Positions 17,932 to 20,000 of a stretch of 20,000 nucleotides of DNA are shown here, one piece after another. Position 1 is the first letter of the stretch; each line of letters starts with the position of its first letter. Below the pieces are notes generated by a model, which saw only the letters and a list, made by a program, of their open reading frames with translations, was not told the origin of the DNA and ran no database searches. The position numbers and the translations under genes are program-made. The stretch is taken from NCBI GenBank assembly GCA_049999805.1, contig JBNGIO010006337.1, forward strand, positions 177,242-197,241. Direction: 5' to 3'. The stretch is from Folioceros fuciformis (lineage: Eukaryota).

Positions 17932-19867
17932 ATGACAGGAACGCCCGCTGGACCGGGCATGGCAGCAGCTGCACCAGCGATGCAGGGGAACCAGGCAGCG
18001 ACTGGGGGATCAGCTGCTGCTGCTAGGTCAGACATGGCTCCTGTGTTGCAGCAGCTGAATTTAGCGTCCTTGCGGACACGGACACAGGATTTGATGAAGA
18101 CTATCGCGCGGCTTATCCAAACTTTTCAGGGCAACCCGAATAAGTGGTGAGGGAATGTGGATTCGGCGGGCTATGAGGAATGAATCGGATTTGGGAATTT
18201 GAGAACAATTGAAACACTTGTCACTGCTGGCTGCTGGATGGATGCAGGTCGGAGGTTCTTGGACAATTTGCCATGGTGAACGTGGAGCTGATAAATTTGA
18301 TGGAGGAAATGAAGCCTGTGTTGAAGCTGTATGTTGTCTTCCCCAAGAACGTGGATGCTGAAAATGCTGCAAGTAAGGTGCATTCGTGTCCGTTCCTTGT
18401 ATGCTGAACCATAACATGAGCTGCAGCACTCTAAGGCTTATTTTGTGTCACTCAGTCCTCCCCATCATGCTGTCGTCGAAGCTGTTACCGGAAATGGAAG
18501 CGGAGATGGCAACTGTCAAGGAAGAGATGGAGATGGGATTGGGTGACCTACTGCCACAGGCTCAGATAGAAATATATCAGGTCTGGGATATGCTGCTATG
18601 TTTGCAAGCTCTGTTGGGCGCTGTACGCGTGGTGTGGGTAGTGTCATGTGACTTGGACGTCGTCGTTGCAGAAGCGGATAGAAATGATCAAGTCAAATAT
18701 CGACACTGCTGAGAGGGTGTTGCAAGAGGAGCGGAAGGCTCTTGGATTGGGTTCTCGCCAAGCCCCCGCTCCACCGGCGACAGATAAAGTGCGTCTAGCC
18801 AGACTACAGGAGGAGGGGAGGCAACTGCTGAATGCTGTCTACACTGGGGAGGGTGAAAGGCTCTTCCCATCTCCCCCGAGCTGGTTGGACTCGTGTACCA
18901 GCTAACTGGCAGTATGTGAATTGTTGGCCTCTTGATGTTTTGTCAATCTCTCTGTAGGGCTGAGACTGCCATTGGATCAACGGCAACTACCTGCAGTCCT
19001 ACCCCCGCATTTGAGAGCTGCTTACCCACACCATGGAGAAGCAGGTGAGAATCTGACGTTAAGCAGTTGCTTCCAGGCTTCTTGTGTTTTTTTGGGGGTG
19101 TTTATGATGTTGAATATGCAGTTGGCGGCTGTGTTGTTGCAGCAGCTAGCAAAAGCAACACACCTGCTACACTGCCGAGCACAGTCTCCCGTTTGGGTGG
19201 TCCGCAGTCGGTTAGTCTCCAGTAGTGATATGTGCATGGCTTCCTTTCACGGAATTCTTGTTCATTCTGATGTGGACTAGATGGGTTTCTTATAGTGTTC
19301 TGCACAGGTCTCACACGGCAGCTCTGTGGAGGGCTTTGCTTTCCTGACGCACTTCTTGTGGAACTGTTCATAATTGTGGTTTGGATTGTTGCAGCTGATC
19401 GCTCTGGGTATGTTTTGCAGACCAGTACTGTTCAGATGCAATCTCGCATCAGATCCGAGTTACCTCAGACGAGTTTGATGTCAACCGTGACACAATCGCA
19501 GTATGCGACTGCCTCACCCGGTGGATCGGTAACACAGCAGCAACCACAGCCACAGACACAGGCACAACAGTTGCAGCAACGGAATGTACCACTCCAGGAA
19601 TTGATGGCCATGCCGCAGTTGGTGTCACAGTCGCAACCCCAACAGGTGCAGCAACAACAGCAGGTATCGCAACAGCATCAGCTGCAGCAGCAACAGCAGC
19701 AGCAGCAGCTGCAGCAACAGAAGCAACAGTTGCAGCCACAACAAATCCAGCATCTACAGCAGCTGCAGGGACAGCAGCAACAGCAGCAACCAGCGCAGCT
19801 GTTTCAGTTACATCACCAGCAGCAGCAGTTGCAATTGCAACACCAGCAGCAACAGCAGGCACAGGCG

Positions 19868-19910
<43 letters not shown>

Positions 19911-19945
19911 AGGCGCAGGCACAGGCACAAGCACAGGCACAGGCG

Positions 19946-20000
<55 letters not shown>
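17932..20000 (+). CDS. MED8: Mediator of RNA polymerase II transcription subunit 8 (partial; runs off the window end)
   Basis: Exons 17932-18146, 18248-18372, 18456-18580, 18672-18852, 18958-19044, probably 19143-19210, and 19421 (or 19395) to >20000. Conserved plant MED8 core: QQLNLASLRTRTQDLMKTIARLI...KWSEVLGQFAMVNVELINLMEEMKPVLKLYVVFPKNVDAENAAILPIMLSSKLLPEME...NAVYTGEGLRLPLDQRQ...LPPHL, followed by a Q-rich tail. The 3' exon boundaries are less certain. Confidence 0.92.
19856..20000 (+). repeat. Coding hexanucleotide microsatellite (CAGGCA)n, at least 24 units, encoding (Gln-Ala)n
   Basis: CAGGCA repeats with CAGGCG/CAAGCA synonymous variants, in the MED8 frame. It is preceded by CAG/CAA-rich polyQ sequence (~19535-19855). 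Confidence 0.97.

Noticed and set aside
19449..20000. Minus-strand 183-aa (Val-Pro)n/Ala-Val ORF
   Set aside because: Antisense shadow of the MED8 CAG and CAGGCA repeats.
1..20000. A functional gene cluster linking JAZ, LDIP and MED8 (jasmonate/lipid/Mediator)
   Set aside because: The thematic link is tempting, but adjacency in a gene-dense genome is not evidence. It would need conserved synteny and co-expression.

Overview
Gene-dense eukaryotic DNA from a land-plant nuclear genome. It has short GT-AG introns (mostly 65-215 nt), and a compact non-seed plant such as a hornwort is plausible, but that is inference only. From left to right: (1) an intronless P-class PPR gene (+, 106-2583) whose 5' end is a degenerate PLS-class PPR relic; (2) a 7-exon TIFY/JAZ jasmonate repressor gene (-, 3471-5569) with the conserved Jas intron; (3) a 1.39-kb non-autonomous Mutator-like element (6085-7476) with ~210-bp TIRs and a degenerate 9-bp TSD, inserted in the JAZ promoter and carrying a transposase-like fragment; (4) a small gene (-, 8680-9708) encoding a stand-alone RecQ/WRN-type C-terminal helix-turn-helix domain behind a transit-peptide-like N-terminus; (5) a 9-exon EDRF1-like gene (-, 10146-15784); (6) a divergent LDIP lipid-droplet gene (+, 16510-17347); (7) Mediator subunit MED8 (+, 17932 to the window end), ending in polyQ and a (QA)n tract. 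Exon models were built by hand from splice sites and reading-frame phase. Family assignments come from recognised motifs, not from database searches. The best candidates for something new are the helicase-less HTH protein, the PLS/P chimeric PPR reading frame and the MULE in the JAZ promoter.
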